Assembly (NCBI RefSeq): GCF_009914755.1
Contig: NC_060935.1
Direction: 5' to 3' (one strand)
DNA: 64,000 nucleotides
Origin: the human T2T-CHM13v2.0 reference genome, Homo sapiens
The notes beneath the pieces are model-generated. The model made no database searches, was not told the origin of the DNA, and saw only the letters and a list, made by a program, of their open reading frames with translations. Below are positions 1 to 16,117 of the stretch, in pieces. Made by a program: the position numbers and the translations under genes. Every line of letters starts with the position of its first letter. The stretch's first letter is position 1.

Positions 1-59
1 GTGACTGCAGTTTACACAGGGTACAGGGAATGTCCTTTTTCTTTCCAATGTCAGTGACA

Positions 60-530
60 CTTGCTTAGAGACCTGAATGAAACAGGAGGCTCTTTGGTGG
101 AGAAGCCATGCTCACGGGAGCAGGGAGGTGCTGAGGAGAAAGGTGCCAGTGTGCTCAGAGGACAAGGAGGAGGCTGTGGGCTGGAGCGGAGTCAGGAGGG
201 GTGGATGAGATCAGAGAGGGAACAGGGGCTGGACCACCGCAGTTCTTGTAGTCACAGCAAGTGAGGATATAGGATCCTTTTCTGGGTGAGGTAGAAGCTT
301 CGGGGTGGAGGAGGGACTGAGACCACTGGGGCTGAAAGAGTTGAGAGGCAGGAATGGGTGGTGGCTTGGGCCAGGTGGGCGTGACTGAAATGAAAGAAGT
401 GGTTGGATTCTGGATCTTTTTGGAAGATGGAGCTGACAACATTCGCCCATCTGAGGAATGAAAGAAGGAGGGGAGTTGAGGATGACTCAGGGTTTTTGGC
501 TTTGTCAGAAGATGTGTTTAGCTTGAGCTT
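60..530 (-). mobile_element. LINE-2 fragment
   Basis: GAAGTGGTTGGATTCTGGAT...GAGGATGACTCAGGGTTTTTGGC matches the reverse complement of the L2 3' region; boundaries approximate. Confidence 0.65.
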
Positions 531-872
531 TGGGACTGGACAAGTTGTTGAGCAAAGGAAGCACTGGAATGAGCCTACACCTTGATTTCCTCAGTGACTT
601 GCTGGAATGGTGTGTACATGCATGGTTGTTGCCAAACTCTGCCTCAGGTCAGATGAGGATGCTGAGGTAACAGGCTCAGAGGAGTTATTCACTCCACAAA
701 TGTGTATAGAGTATCCGTTACAGCAGGATTCTAGATGATATTTTAGGTTGTTTTGCCTCCTTTATCCAGGCAGAGTCTGCTATTGTTTTGGGACCAGAAC
801 TCATTCTGAGTAAAAGAAAAAAAAAGTCTAATCCAATTCCACTTCATTGTTGCTGCAGGGTGGTCAGGGCAG

Positions 873-4232
<3,360 letters not shown>

Positions 4233-4246
4233 CAGTGCACTTTAAA

Positions 4247-5547
4247 TAGATGTTATTTTTAGAATGATTTTAGGTCACAGCAAAATTGAGGGGAAGATGC
4301 AGACTTCTTATACAGCCCCTGTCCCCACACATGCACAGCCTTCCCCACTATCAGCATCCCTCAGACTGGCACTTTTTTTTTTTTTAAACAATCGAGAAAC
4401 CTACAATGACACATCATTATCACCCAAAATCCGTAGTTGGCATTAAAGTTCACTCTTGGAGTCATGCATTCCATGGGTTTGGATAAATGTATAATGATGT
4501 GTATCCATCATTATAGTATCAAAAAGAATGGCTTCATTGTACTAAATATCTCCTGTGCTTTCCCTATTAACCCTTCCCTCCCATTAATCCCTTGTAACCA
4601 CTTATCTTTTTACTGTCTCTATAGTTTTGCTTTTTCTAGAATATCATATATTGGAGTCATATAGAATGTAGCCTTTGCAGATTGGCTTATTTCACTTAAT
4701 ACACTAAAGGGTCCTCCATATCTTTTTGTGACTTGATATCTCATTTCCTTTTAGTGCTGAATACAATTCCATTGTTGGGATGTACCACAGAATTTTTATC
4801 CCTTCAACTACTGAAGGACATCTTGGATGCTTCCAAGTTTTGGCAATTATGAATTAAGCTGCTGTAAACAGGTTCTGAGTGGACATAAAGTATTGAACTC
4901 ATTTTGGTAAATACCAAAGAGTATAACATACTTTTACTATACAGTTCCTGGATTATGTGGTAAAAGTATGTTCAGTTTTCTGCCAAACTGCCTTCCACAG
5001 TGGCTATACTACTTTGCATTCCCACCAGCAATGAACGAGAGTTCCCGTTGCTCTACATCCTTGCCAGCATTTGGTGTTGTCAGTGTTCTGGATTATTCAC
5101 CATTTTAATAGGTGTTTAGTGGTATCTCATTATTTTAATTTGCAATTACCTAATTATATGATGTTGAGCTTCTTTCTATATACTTATTTGCCATCTGTAT
5201 ATGTTCTTTGGTGAGGCATCTGTTTAGATCTTTTGCCCATCTTTTAATCAGATTGTTCATTTTCTTATTGTTGAGTTTTAAGAGTTCTTTATATATTTTA
5301 GTTAACAGTCCTTTATCTGATATATCTTTTGCAAATATTTTCTCCCAGTCTGTGGCTTGTCTTAATTCTCTCTACAGAGTATTTTGCAGAGCAGAAGTTT
5401 TTAATTTTGATGAAGTTCAGCTCATCATTTCTTTCTTTCATGGATCATGACTTTGGTGTTGTAGTTAAAAAGTCATCACCAAAACCAAGGTCATAGGATT
5501 TCTCTTGTGTTACGTCCTAAGTGTTTTAGAGTTTTGCATCTTATTGA
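4247..5547 (-). mobile_element. Old mammalian L1 3' end (L1MC-like)
   Basis: TTTTAGGTCACAGCAAAATTGAG...CCCCACACATGCACAGCC resembles an L1MC 3' end, followed by ORF2 C-terminal sequence; perfect 11-bp TSD TGCACTTTAAA at 4236-4246 and 5548-5558. Confidence 0.85.
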
Positions 5548-6547
5548 TGCACTTTAAAAACTTTCTATGGCTTCTGAAACTCTTGACTCATTTTCCCCAA
5601 TGTCCTCTCCTTCTGGCCTCTTCTTTAATGCCCCTTGCCACCCAAGTAAAGGGTAGATATTGCATCTCAACTCCCAACAGATATAAATTCCTATACAACA
5701 ACAGATATAAAAGAATATTCAACTCTAATTAAGTCCGCTGGGAGCTGCTGGGAGACCAAGGCCAACAGGCTAGTCCTTATTTTCTGGACTGTTTTCTTCA
5801 GACCAGCTTTTCTTATTACTGTGCCTGCCATCCATGCCCTGCCCACCCCTAACCTCACTCTTAGCTTCTCTCCAATTCCGTTTGAGTCATGAATCAACTC
5901 AAATGGAGCTGGCTTTTGAATCCTTTTGGTCAAGACTTCTTGTCCAATGCTTCTAAAATGTTGACAAAGTTCTGGAAATCACAGCTGTGAAGCCAACTCG
6001 TGTACTATGTTTCAGTGAAAAGTTCTGAAGAAGCTGTGAGCAACAGTTCCATGAAAATCTCCATCCCCTCTGTACCTACACTAAGGTTATGGGTTATGCC
6101 TGAGTGATCTCAGCATCATTTTGATCCAGTTTGCATCTAGGGACTGAATGCCAATTTCTTTCAAAATCCTGGGCTGACTGCATAAACCCAAGAAAAGTTG
6201 GCTTTTATTCCCAGTTGCCTTGATTTTTGGCTTTGCTTTTGTTATGTGCTATGCTTAAAATTTTTTTTAGGATTCCATAGGTTTAACTTTGGCTCATGTG
6301 AGTAAGTAGCCTGTTTATGCACTGTGGCCCTGAGGAACCAGAAATCCATTAGTGCAACTATGAAAACCTTCTGAAGAACAGGATATTCATCCTTCTGAGG
6401 TAAGGTTCAAGATTGGATAACTACTGTATCCCTCAACCCAAAAGTGACTATGGCAGAAGCTGGTGCATACTTAGCTGAAAGGATGGAGTTGAAGAGGAAT
6501 TATGGTATCAGCCAGGATGGGGCAGTGGTGAAGGCGGTGCTTTGGGG

Positions 6548-7204
<657 letters not shown>

Positions 7205-7621
7205 GGGAGGAGAAACACTGCTTCTTCCAGCAAGTTGTATGAGGAAAGGACTACTAACAAAATTCTCAAGTATTATTAAAAAGGAGTATTAAAATATAAA
7301 GTACATGTGTTTAATTGGTAAGCAGATAGACAAGAATGTATTAGAAGAGAGAAGGGTATAGCTTTATAGAGATTGCTCAACAATAGTATTGAAGCAGGTA
7401 AAAGAATTCTCCCTGGGGAATGGAGGAGAAGGGGAGGCTGGAGAGAGAGGGATGTGGCACGTCTTTCAGACGTGACTCTGGGGTCAGCCATAAACTGGTT
7501 CCATCATCATCACCAGGGAGCTTAAGAATTTAGCTCAAAGAGTCTGATTTTCTGGGTTGGGTTAGAATCCAGGAAACTGTTTTAAAATGAGTCCCCTCCC
7601 CAAATTCCCAGGTGAGGCTGA

Positions 7622-8064
<443 letters not shown>

Positions 8065-8362
8065 TCAAATATTTCTTAAAACACTGTAGTTATTTCTTAG
8101 GACAAGAGCAAAGATCACCCCCTGCAGAAACTCAGTAACTATATACAGAGCTTTGCAGAACAGAGACAGTCACTAAAGGCTGGCTGCTGGCCAGGGAATG
8201 GCATTCTGACTGGACTCAAGGAACAAAAAGAAACCAGGTTGGAAAGGGGCAAGCGCTCAGCTGAATTAAACTTCAGCTTCCATCAGGGCATATCTTGTGA
8301 TGCTCACAGGCTCTGTTTCTAGAAGGTTTGGGTTCAGCACAAGATTCCATTTGTCTGCTTGG

Positions 8363-8584
8363 CTACACCCCCAGCTGAAGTGCCAAGAGGTCACTGTCAC
8401 TCATGTTCCTGGCCAGCCAAACTCCTGAAGCAAAGAGTCCCGAATTGAGGATTAAGTATCTCTGGAAATCATTCCTATCAGTGGCAAAGCCATAGCTGCC
8501 ATGAAGCCAATTTCCCACATTGCCCAGATTTTGGGTGATACATTTGCTGAGCTGGCAGTGCTCACAGTGACCACTGGAAGCCAT
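8363..8584 (-). pseudogene. Open 73-codon TOMM6-derived ORF (ATG 8584 to TAG 8363)
   Basis: Parental start and stop are kept; a 2-nt and a 1-nt deletion in the N-terminal part restore the frame. Confidence 0.85.
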
Positions 8585-8606
8585 AGTAGTGCTTTTGGGC
8601 TCTGCC

Positions 8607-9212
8607 AACTTTAAAAAGTGGATACATAATATTTACACAAATTTGTGGGGTACATGTAATATTTTGATACATACATTGAATGTGTAATGATCAAATCAGG
8701 GTATTTAAGGTATCTGTCACCTCGAACGTTTATCATTTCCTTGTTTGGGGAACACTTCATATCCTCTCTTCTAGCTATTTTGAAATACACAATATGTTGT
8801 TGCTAACTGCACTCACCCTATTGCGCTATTGAAAACTAGAACTTGTTCCTTCTTTATATTTGAGACAGGGTCTCACTCAGTCACCCAGTCTGGAGTGCAG
8901 TGGTGCAATCATAGCTCACTGCAACCTCAAACTAAATCCCTGGGTTCAAGGATTCTCCCACCTTAGCCTCCCGAGTAGCTAGGACTGCAGACCTGTGCGG
9001 CTAGTTTTTTTCTTTTTTTTAAATTTTCTGTAGAGATAAGATCTTGCTATGTTGTCCAGGCTGGTCTCGAACTCCTGGACTCAAATGATCTTCCCACTTT
9101 GGTCTCCCAAAGTGCTGGAGTTAGAGGTGTGAGCCACCGCGCCTGGACAGAACTTATTTCTTCTCTCTAACTGTATGTTTGTGTCCATTAACAGTCCTGT
9201 CTTTATCCCCCT
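8607..9212 (-). mobile_element. L1MA-type 3' end (tail continues at about 7700-7730); hosts the TOMM6 retrocopy and an AluJ
   Basis: GGGGTACATGTAATATTTTGATACATAC...TGTGTAATGATCAAATCAGGGTA is a typical L1MA 3'UTR. Confidence 0.8.
8854..9148 (-). mobile_element. AluJ
   Basis: Divergent Alu with J-type features; TSD AGAACTT(G/A)TT(C/T)CTTCT at 8838-8853 and 9149-9164. Confidence 0.9.
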
Positions 9213-9250
9213 ATAAGTAGCTTACAGCTAAGAATGTTTTTTACATTTTT

Positions 9251-11380
9251 TTCTCCTTTTTTTTTTTGATGGGATTGCACAGTTTATTTCCAAACACTCA
9301 GAGGATAGGGAGTGGCCTGTGGGCTCCTTCTGCCTCCCCTCCCTGCATTTGGCTGAATCAAGAACTTCTCCCCCTTCACCCCCAACACCCTAGGCTGTGC
9401 CCGATAGAGAAGGTACTCTCACCCCCACACTGAGGAGAGACCCAGAAAGGTGAGGAGCATGGAGGGTCGGGGGACAGAGTTCAGGTATTCACAGTTCCCT
9501 ATCTCCACCCCTGGATTACACTGTGCCAGAGCCATGAGGGAGGATCCCACCTCTGGGATTCCTGTGGTGTTGATAGTCCTTCTCCCACTTAGAACCTTCC
9601 AGATGAACTCCCTACTCCTTATCCCTGAAATAACAAACCAAGCCCTAAACCAAGCCCTGTAGTCTGGGCGGGGAGGGGCCTTAGCGCATCACTCACCCAA
9701 GGCCCCCAGGGATGGGGGTGAGGGCCTTCACCTGTAGTGAATGGGTTGGGAGCAAGTATCTATAAGGAGAGAGGAAGGGAGAGAGCTGAGAGGACCTTGG
9801 GAGGCAGGCTTGGAGGCTTCTGACACATAAGTTCAGACAGCTCTGGCCTGTTACTCCACGCCGCCCCACACCCCAAGCCCAGAATCCCTGAGAGTCCAAC
9901 TGCAAAGGCAGTATGGCCGGAGGGAGGAATGGGGGCACGGGGAGAGCTGGGTAGGACCTTGGTCCCCCTCTCCCAGTCAGTCCTGCTCCTGGGACACATG
10001 ATGCTTAGGGACGGCCAGGACCAGGATCAAGTCCTAGCTCTTAGGCTCTGATCTTCCAGAATAGCTGAATCCTGGGGCACGTAGTGTAGACCCACCAACC
10101 CCCACACCCCAGACATCCCGGCCTTGGGTAGAATGGTGGGAATGGGCTCTCCCAAGGGTATTATAAAAAGCTAAAACCGTTAAACACTTACTGGGGAGGA
10201 GTGGCTCCCAGTCTCTTGCTTCCCCAAGTTATCAGCCTCTGCAGCGCCTAGCAGACAAGACTAAGGAGGTCCCAGAGAGCCAAGGGAGGAGGGCACAGCC
10301 CCTGGGCCCAGAGAGAGGGCCCACTAGCACCGTGCAATGTTGAGGTGCCTCCGCAGCCTGACTGGCCCCCACGCAGGGGCCCTCCGCAGCGGGGGTGCAC
10401 ACTTGCTAGAGCTTCTGTACTTTTGAAGGGTGACCCCTGCAAGGGAGTGGGGAAGGCAAAGACTTGGCTTAAGTCCAGGCAGGGGTCACAGCTGGGACCC
10501 CAAAGGACACCCCTGGGAGTCATGATTTGAAGAATCTTCTTACCACAAACTGGCCCAGCAGAACCACACCCACAACCACCAGCACGTTCAGGATGGGACT
10601 ATTGCCCAAGTCCAGGGCTGCCACCCAGCCGCCCCTCTGCGAGATCCACCGGGCGATGCCTTGTTGCAGCATGAAGACCACGAAGCGGGTCACCAGGCCC
10701 AGGAAGCCAGTCAAGCCGTGCTGGTAGACATGTAGGACCAGACGGTAGCCGAAGCCCAGGAGAGCCACCACACGGCCCCGGTTGATGCCACTCTCAAACA
10801 GGCTGGAGGCGATCTTGGTGAAGTACTCGTAGGCGTTCTCTGCCGTGGGCTGCAGGTGCTGCAGCATGGTCTGGAACTCCGAAGTCATAGTGCCGGTTGA
10901 TGTCGTCCTGGTGATGGCGAGCTGCCGTCCCACCTGCCCCATGGTGCTGCTAGGTTGGAGGGGCAAGGTGACCATCTCTGGGTCGGCAGGGGCGGCCGCC
11001 CCTTCAGCCTCCTGTTCCTGCTGATGGTGGTAAAAAACGTAGCTGCGGAAAACCCCTCCATGTCCTGGGCTACCTGCTCCTCAGAAGCAGAGGGCAGGGC
11101 AGGCTTTCCGCACTCCTGCCTGGGAGGCCCTGGGCCTTGCCCCGATGCCATTTTTCAGGTCTCAGTGGAGGACAGTGTCAGCCTCCAGGGATGCTGGCTC
11201 AACCCGCGTGGGTCAGCAGGGTGGAGTTGAAGGTCCCAAGGGGCTGGAGGCTGCTGCTCCCAGGGGCTGAGTGGGAGCCCAGCTTCCAGGAACGGGCGTC
11301 AGTGCATTTCTGGTATCTGGATGTAGCCTTTGCTTGTCCCTGTGTGGCCCGAGGGACCCGTGAGACTCCAGTGATCATCT
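9251..11380 (-). pseudogene. BAK1P2: Full-length processed pseudogene of BAK1 (5'UTR, CDS 11151-10520, long 3'UTR, poly(A))
   Basis: MASGQGPGPPRQECG... and ...LQPTAENAYEYFTKIA...GGWVAAL...LLGQFVVRRFFKS* are BAK1; intronless; AATAAA (TTTATT 9283-9288), T-tail 9251-9267; TSD TGTTTTTT(T)ACATTTTT at about 9235-9250 and 11380-11396; CDS 632 nt versus 636 nt (-1, -1, +1, -3 indels). The P2 symbol is inferred because bak-3/BAK1P2 is the frameshifted copy. Confidence 0.93.
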
Positions 11381-12539
11381 GTTTTTTTACATTTTTAAAG
11401 CATTGTAAACAAAATAATACAAACAGGGAGCAAAAAAGAATACATGACAAAACTGTAAGTGGCCTGCAGAGCCTAACATATTTATCATGCTACTTGGCCC
11501 TTTACAGAAAATGTTTGACTATCCCTGGCTTAGATAGGGAAAATTAAATGCATAAATGAATAAATAGATTTTTCAACTGATGAAGAGGTAACGAAGTCTG
11601 CAAATTTTCTACCATGGGTCACTCTCCACACAGGCGAGGGAACCTTTGCTCTGAGTGTGGTTCTTATTGGAATGGGACGCACTGTCACTCTTTAAACAAT
11701 GTATTGTGCCTCAGGTGCTGCAAGGTACTGCTATGCTCACATGGACAAATTAAGGCTCTGGCTAAGGTAAAAATCAAATGGGCTGCCCACTAAAAGGGGT
11801 AGTTCAAATTATTTCAACTTCACTTTTGTTCAGCTAGGGAGGGAGAAAGTAGACTAGGCCTTGGAAGGTCAGGGGAAAAAAAAATACCAGTTACACAAAC
11901 ATAAGGCTCTTAAGCAGGCACTTGTTGTCCTGAGATGAAGGTATAAGCAAACTTTTTGAAATATGGCTTAGCAAATGCTGTCTTACTTTTCAGTGTGCAG
12001 ACCTGGACAACAGGCAGGTGGGGAGGGATCTGTTTGTGAAAGGATCTGATCCCAGAACTCTCTTGAAAAGGAAGGGCGCGGCTGCCACTAGACTAGTTGC
12101 TCAGACTCAAGATAGTGGCTGAGATTGTAGGCAAGGGCTGGTGTTTGTGTCATGCGTGCTGCACCTAGCTGTCCTGCTAAGGGATTATGATTTGAGAAGC
12201 AATGGTTCGGGGTGGACTGTGACAGAAGATCTGTGACATTGGTGCCCATGTGGTATCCCCCAGCTAATGCCCACTCAGAAATCCATTCTAGCTGCAGGGG
12301 CAGATGCTGACTGCAGGGTGTGTCATCAGAGCAGCATCCGTGAAGCTGGTGAGCCATTTGGTCAAGGGCAGGGTGAATTTGGGTTGAGTAAACCCTAGAG
12401 TTCCTGGAAAACACATGGACACAATCACCTTAAGAAAGAGACACTAGGCTTTTTCTGCTAGAATGTCATGGGCTTGAACAATTTACTAAAAAACCCAAGG
12501 CAATATTTTAACCTGGAGTTTGCATAGCTTGGCTGCACA

Positions 12540-12800
12540 TACTCATTCATTCATTCCTGTACAGATACACAGATGGGGGTTTAGAGAAGTGAAGAAGCTT
12601 GGCCAAGTCACACACTGGGTGGAGTGCAGGAATCTAAACCCAGTCTTGTGTGTTTCCAAAGCCTGCTCTCTGTCCACAGTACCCTATTGCCTCTTGTAGA
12701 GTCGTAGATTATTAGCGAAGTCTTACAAATTATTCACCATTTTTGAGTGAGAAACTGAGACTCAGAGAAGTGAAACAACTTGTTCAAGGTTGTTTAACTA
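12540..12800. mobile_element. MIR fragments
   Basis: GAGAAACTGAGACTCAGAGAAGTGAAACAACTTGTTCAAGGT MIR core at about 12750 and a second core at about 12570. Confidence 0.7.
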
Positions 12801-14554
12801 ATTACCAGAATTCCTACAGACCTGCCTCCAGATTCAGCGGGTCTGAGTTGCCATAAGCTTCTAAGAACTTCTTATCAAAGGAACTGAGAATGTCAAATGG
12901 AGTGAGTTGAAATCCATAGGGACAAAGAAGCATTGAAGGAAAAGTGAGATTTGCAAAGTGAGCCACATTTTGCTTTTTCCTAACGACCTGTTTGTTGATG
13001 TCCTCTTTGAAAGGGCTTCTAGGAGGCAGGAAGGTATGAGCTACTTTTGGCAGTTTGGCCCCAGAGATTACCTGTTTATTTATTTAGCACTTTAGACATT
13101 AAGTTGGCTAATATAAAGCAATTCCCCTAAAGTCTGGAGTTCATGGACATAGACCAAGTATAGGGAAAGTAGTCTTCTCCATTCACCTCATGACCCCAAA
13201 AGATCATGAGTCTAGGTTGATCCCCAGCCAGTGGCTACATCTGTAACTTGACTACCCTGATTTCTCAATCAGCTCAGCTACAAATGGCAGTGGAAAAGAT
13301 GCCCAAGAAGGGTCTTGAAATAAATGGAAATCTTTCATTTCCTGTTCTGGTCTCTATCCAAGAAGCTGCCACTGCCCAAGGGAGGCGCCCAAAGCCCAGT
13401 GTTCTCTGCAAGTCAGAGTCAGTTTTCAAAGCACTGAAGGTATAGCCCAGGCTTTCTTACATGCGTAGCTTCCTGGTGTATGACATAGAGAACCCCTGTG
13501 TAATTCAGTTTCGGAAGATGGTACAGCACATGCCTGGAGAAGCTGCCAAGTGCTCTTTGACAATGCTTAAGGGCAGGATCTAATAATCTCTCTGGGGTAA
13601 TTTGGGCGAGGACTTTCCTAGAGGTAGAGGTTGGACTGGGTGCCCTCTTTCTTCTCTTGGCTTTGAGAGTTCAGAGTTTTGCCTGCAAGAGCAAAGTAGA
13701 AGGTGACATGAACTGAATTAGTATGGGCAGCCTGTATACCTGGGGGAAGTCAGGCTGGGATTATTCAGAGAGTTAACCCTGTTTCTACCTTCACCTTCCC
13801 GCCTTAGTAGATACAAATTTGGTCAAGATATACAGACAGAGTGGACACTTTTTGCCTTTTATTCTAGCTTGGCCTATCCCTGTAGTTAGAAAAGAGCAGC
13901 AGCTTGAGTCTAGTCTATTCATCCACGAGAGGAGGGTTATTTCTTTGCAGGCTTATTGGTGAAATACTCAAAGAAGGTTAGAGCCCTCAAGAGGCCTTAA
14001 ATAATTTCTTGCTCAATGCCCTTGCTTTCAGGGGAAGCAAATAAAGTTCAGAAAGGCTACATGAGGAACTCAGGGCCCACATACCATGGTAGGGGCAAGG
14101 CTGAGCGGAACCTCTGATCTTTAGGTTCTCAGGCCAGTAGGTTTACAACCTGCTGCACTGTGTCCTATTGCCTCTGTACAGGGACTTCTTGTTAAAATCC
14201 ACAGTCCACAGCAAAAGGAGGGAGGACCTTCATTTATTCGCTTATTCAAAAAATTGTATTCAGCTGCCCTTTGGCATAAGAAACAACAAGACTGATAAGG
14301 CCCTCCCCTCACTTCATGGTGCGAACAGCACCAAATATTTGCAAAGGACCTATGTGGACTTAGTTCTCTTGCTCTTCTCTCACTTTCTTAAGTTGGTGAG
14401 AAAAAGATGCATAGGAAAGAAGTTTTTAGGGAGGTGGAGAGATAGGGTGGCGGAGAGAGAATGAGGTGTATAAGGAGAGAGAGAGAGAGGATATGTCCCA
14501 AAGGATATTTGCAGGGAGGGAAATATTTGGCTGTCTCCCCAACCCCACTCTGGC

Positions 14555-14632
14555 CTCCCCTTCCTCCTATTCCTCCTCCTCCTCCTGCTCCTTCTGCTCC
14601 TCCTCCTCCTCCTTCTCATTCTTCTTCTTCAT
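14555..14632 (+). repeat. (CCT)n/(CTT)n low-complexity pyrimidine tract
   Basis: CCTCCTATTCCTCCTCCTCCTCCTGCTCC...TTCTTCTTCTTC. Confidence 0.9.
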
Positions 14633-15529
14633 TTGTGGTTAGCTGGACTGTATCAAACTCCCTTAACTCTCTCAAATGCAGTCTTTCCTACTTTCTGGTA
14701 AACTTGAGTTGCTATGGTGAGAGAGTGGCCTGGGACAAGTCAATGGAAAACGTTGGAAACAACACCCCACCTGGAGCAACATATCAAAGAGTTAATTAGA
14801 AGGACCTGCCATGTGTTTCCCATTCCCTGCCACAGATTCGATTGCTTTATGTTTTATCAGCTGTTTTTCTAAGCAAAGCGTTAGCCCTCATTCTCAGTTC
14901 TCCTTTCTTGAAGGTGTTAACAATGGTTGGGGGCAGAGAAAGTAGGGAAAGTTGATCAAATGAGTAAATTCTCTGTTGTTCCCTTAGAAAACTTTCTTAG
15001 ACCAACCCTGTGGACTTATTTTATCTGTCGTCCTCTCTCTCCCTGTTTCCACCACTCATCTCATGACATCCACTTGAGTATCTCTTTCTTAGGAACTGTT
15101 AGAGCTCACTTGTGAAAGTTCGCTGTGAAGTCCACAATAAACAATCCAATCTGTTTACATGGGGCTTGAGAGTTACAGAGCAACCTCACATTTCATTTTG
15201 TCCCAACTTCAGCAACCGTGCACAGTAGCAATGGCTATAGTTACCATAGCTATCTCTTAGTTACAAGAACAGGAATGAAGGCCAAGGGAAAGGGGAAGGG
15301 CTTGCCCACGGTCACTCACACAGGAGTGGGCGTAAGCCTGAGTCTTCTGAATTCAAGTCCATGATGCAGCAATGCTCTTTACAATCTTGCTGTGTTGTCA
15401 ATAATTTGTGAACTTAGTGTTAGCCATAGCGGGATGAGCAGCTGACTGTGAATCAGAGGAGAACACTGTGTATCTCTGGTCTTGGTCTTGTCAACTATAA
15501 AATGAGAGTCAGAAAGGGAGTTTAATGGA

Positions 15530-15760
15530 AGTGTGGTGATACAGTTAACAATTCTGTGTTATATACTTAAATTTGCTAAGACGATAGATCATAAGTGCTC
15601 TTATCACACATACACACATGAAAGAAAATGGTAATGATGAGAGGTGAGGAGTATGTTAATTAACTTGACTGTGGTAATCATTTTCAAAATGTATACATAT
15701 ATCAAAATATCAAGTTGTACATCTTAAATATATCTATATCTATATATCTGTATATTTAAG
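15530..15760 (+). mobile_element. L1MA/L1MB 3' end
   Basis: TTTGCTAAGACGATAGATC...TATGTTAATTAACTTGACTGTGGTAATCATTT...AAGTTGTACA. Confidence 0.75.
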
Positions 15761-15762
15761 TA

Positions 15763-16117
15763 TATAAAGTTGAATGCTGGTGTTCCCCAAAATTCATATG
15801 TTGGAACCCAGTGCGGCAGTGTTAAGAGGTGGGACATTTTGGGAAGTTATTAAGTCAGGAGTGCTCTGCCCTCATCGATGGTATTAGTGCCCTTATAAAA
15901 GGGGTTGAAGGACGCTGCCTTGTCCCGTCCACTATGTGAGAATATAGCTAGAAGGTGCCACCCATGAGGCAGAGAAAAAGCCCTCAGCAGACACCAAATC
16001 TGATGGTACCTTGATTTTGAATTTCCTAGCCTCCATAACTGTGAGCAATATATTTCTGTTGTTTATAAATTACCCAATCTAAGGTATTTTGTTATAGCAT
16101 TCCTAACAGGCTAACAT
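15763..16117 (+). mobile_element. MaLR solo LTR (MSTD-like)
   Basis: CCCCAAAATTCATATGTTGGAA...CCCTTATAAAAG...GTTTATAAATTACCCAATCTAAGGTATTTTGTTATAGCA. Confidence 0.8.

Noticed and set aside
10520-11151. Functional BAK1 gene
   Set aside because: Intronless, has poly(A) and TSD, is frameshifted and has no promoter: a retrocopy
14380-14799. Arg-rich (protamine-like) and poly-Pro ORFs
   Set aside because: Translations of the (CCT)n tract
15225-15255. Imperfect palindrome with RFX X-box-like GTTACCATAGCTAT
   Set aside because: Two mismatches in one half-site; too weak without chromatin data
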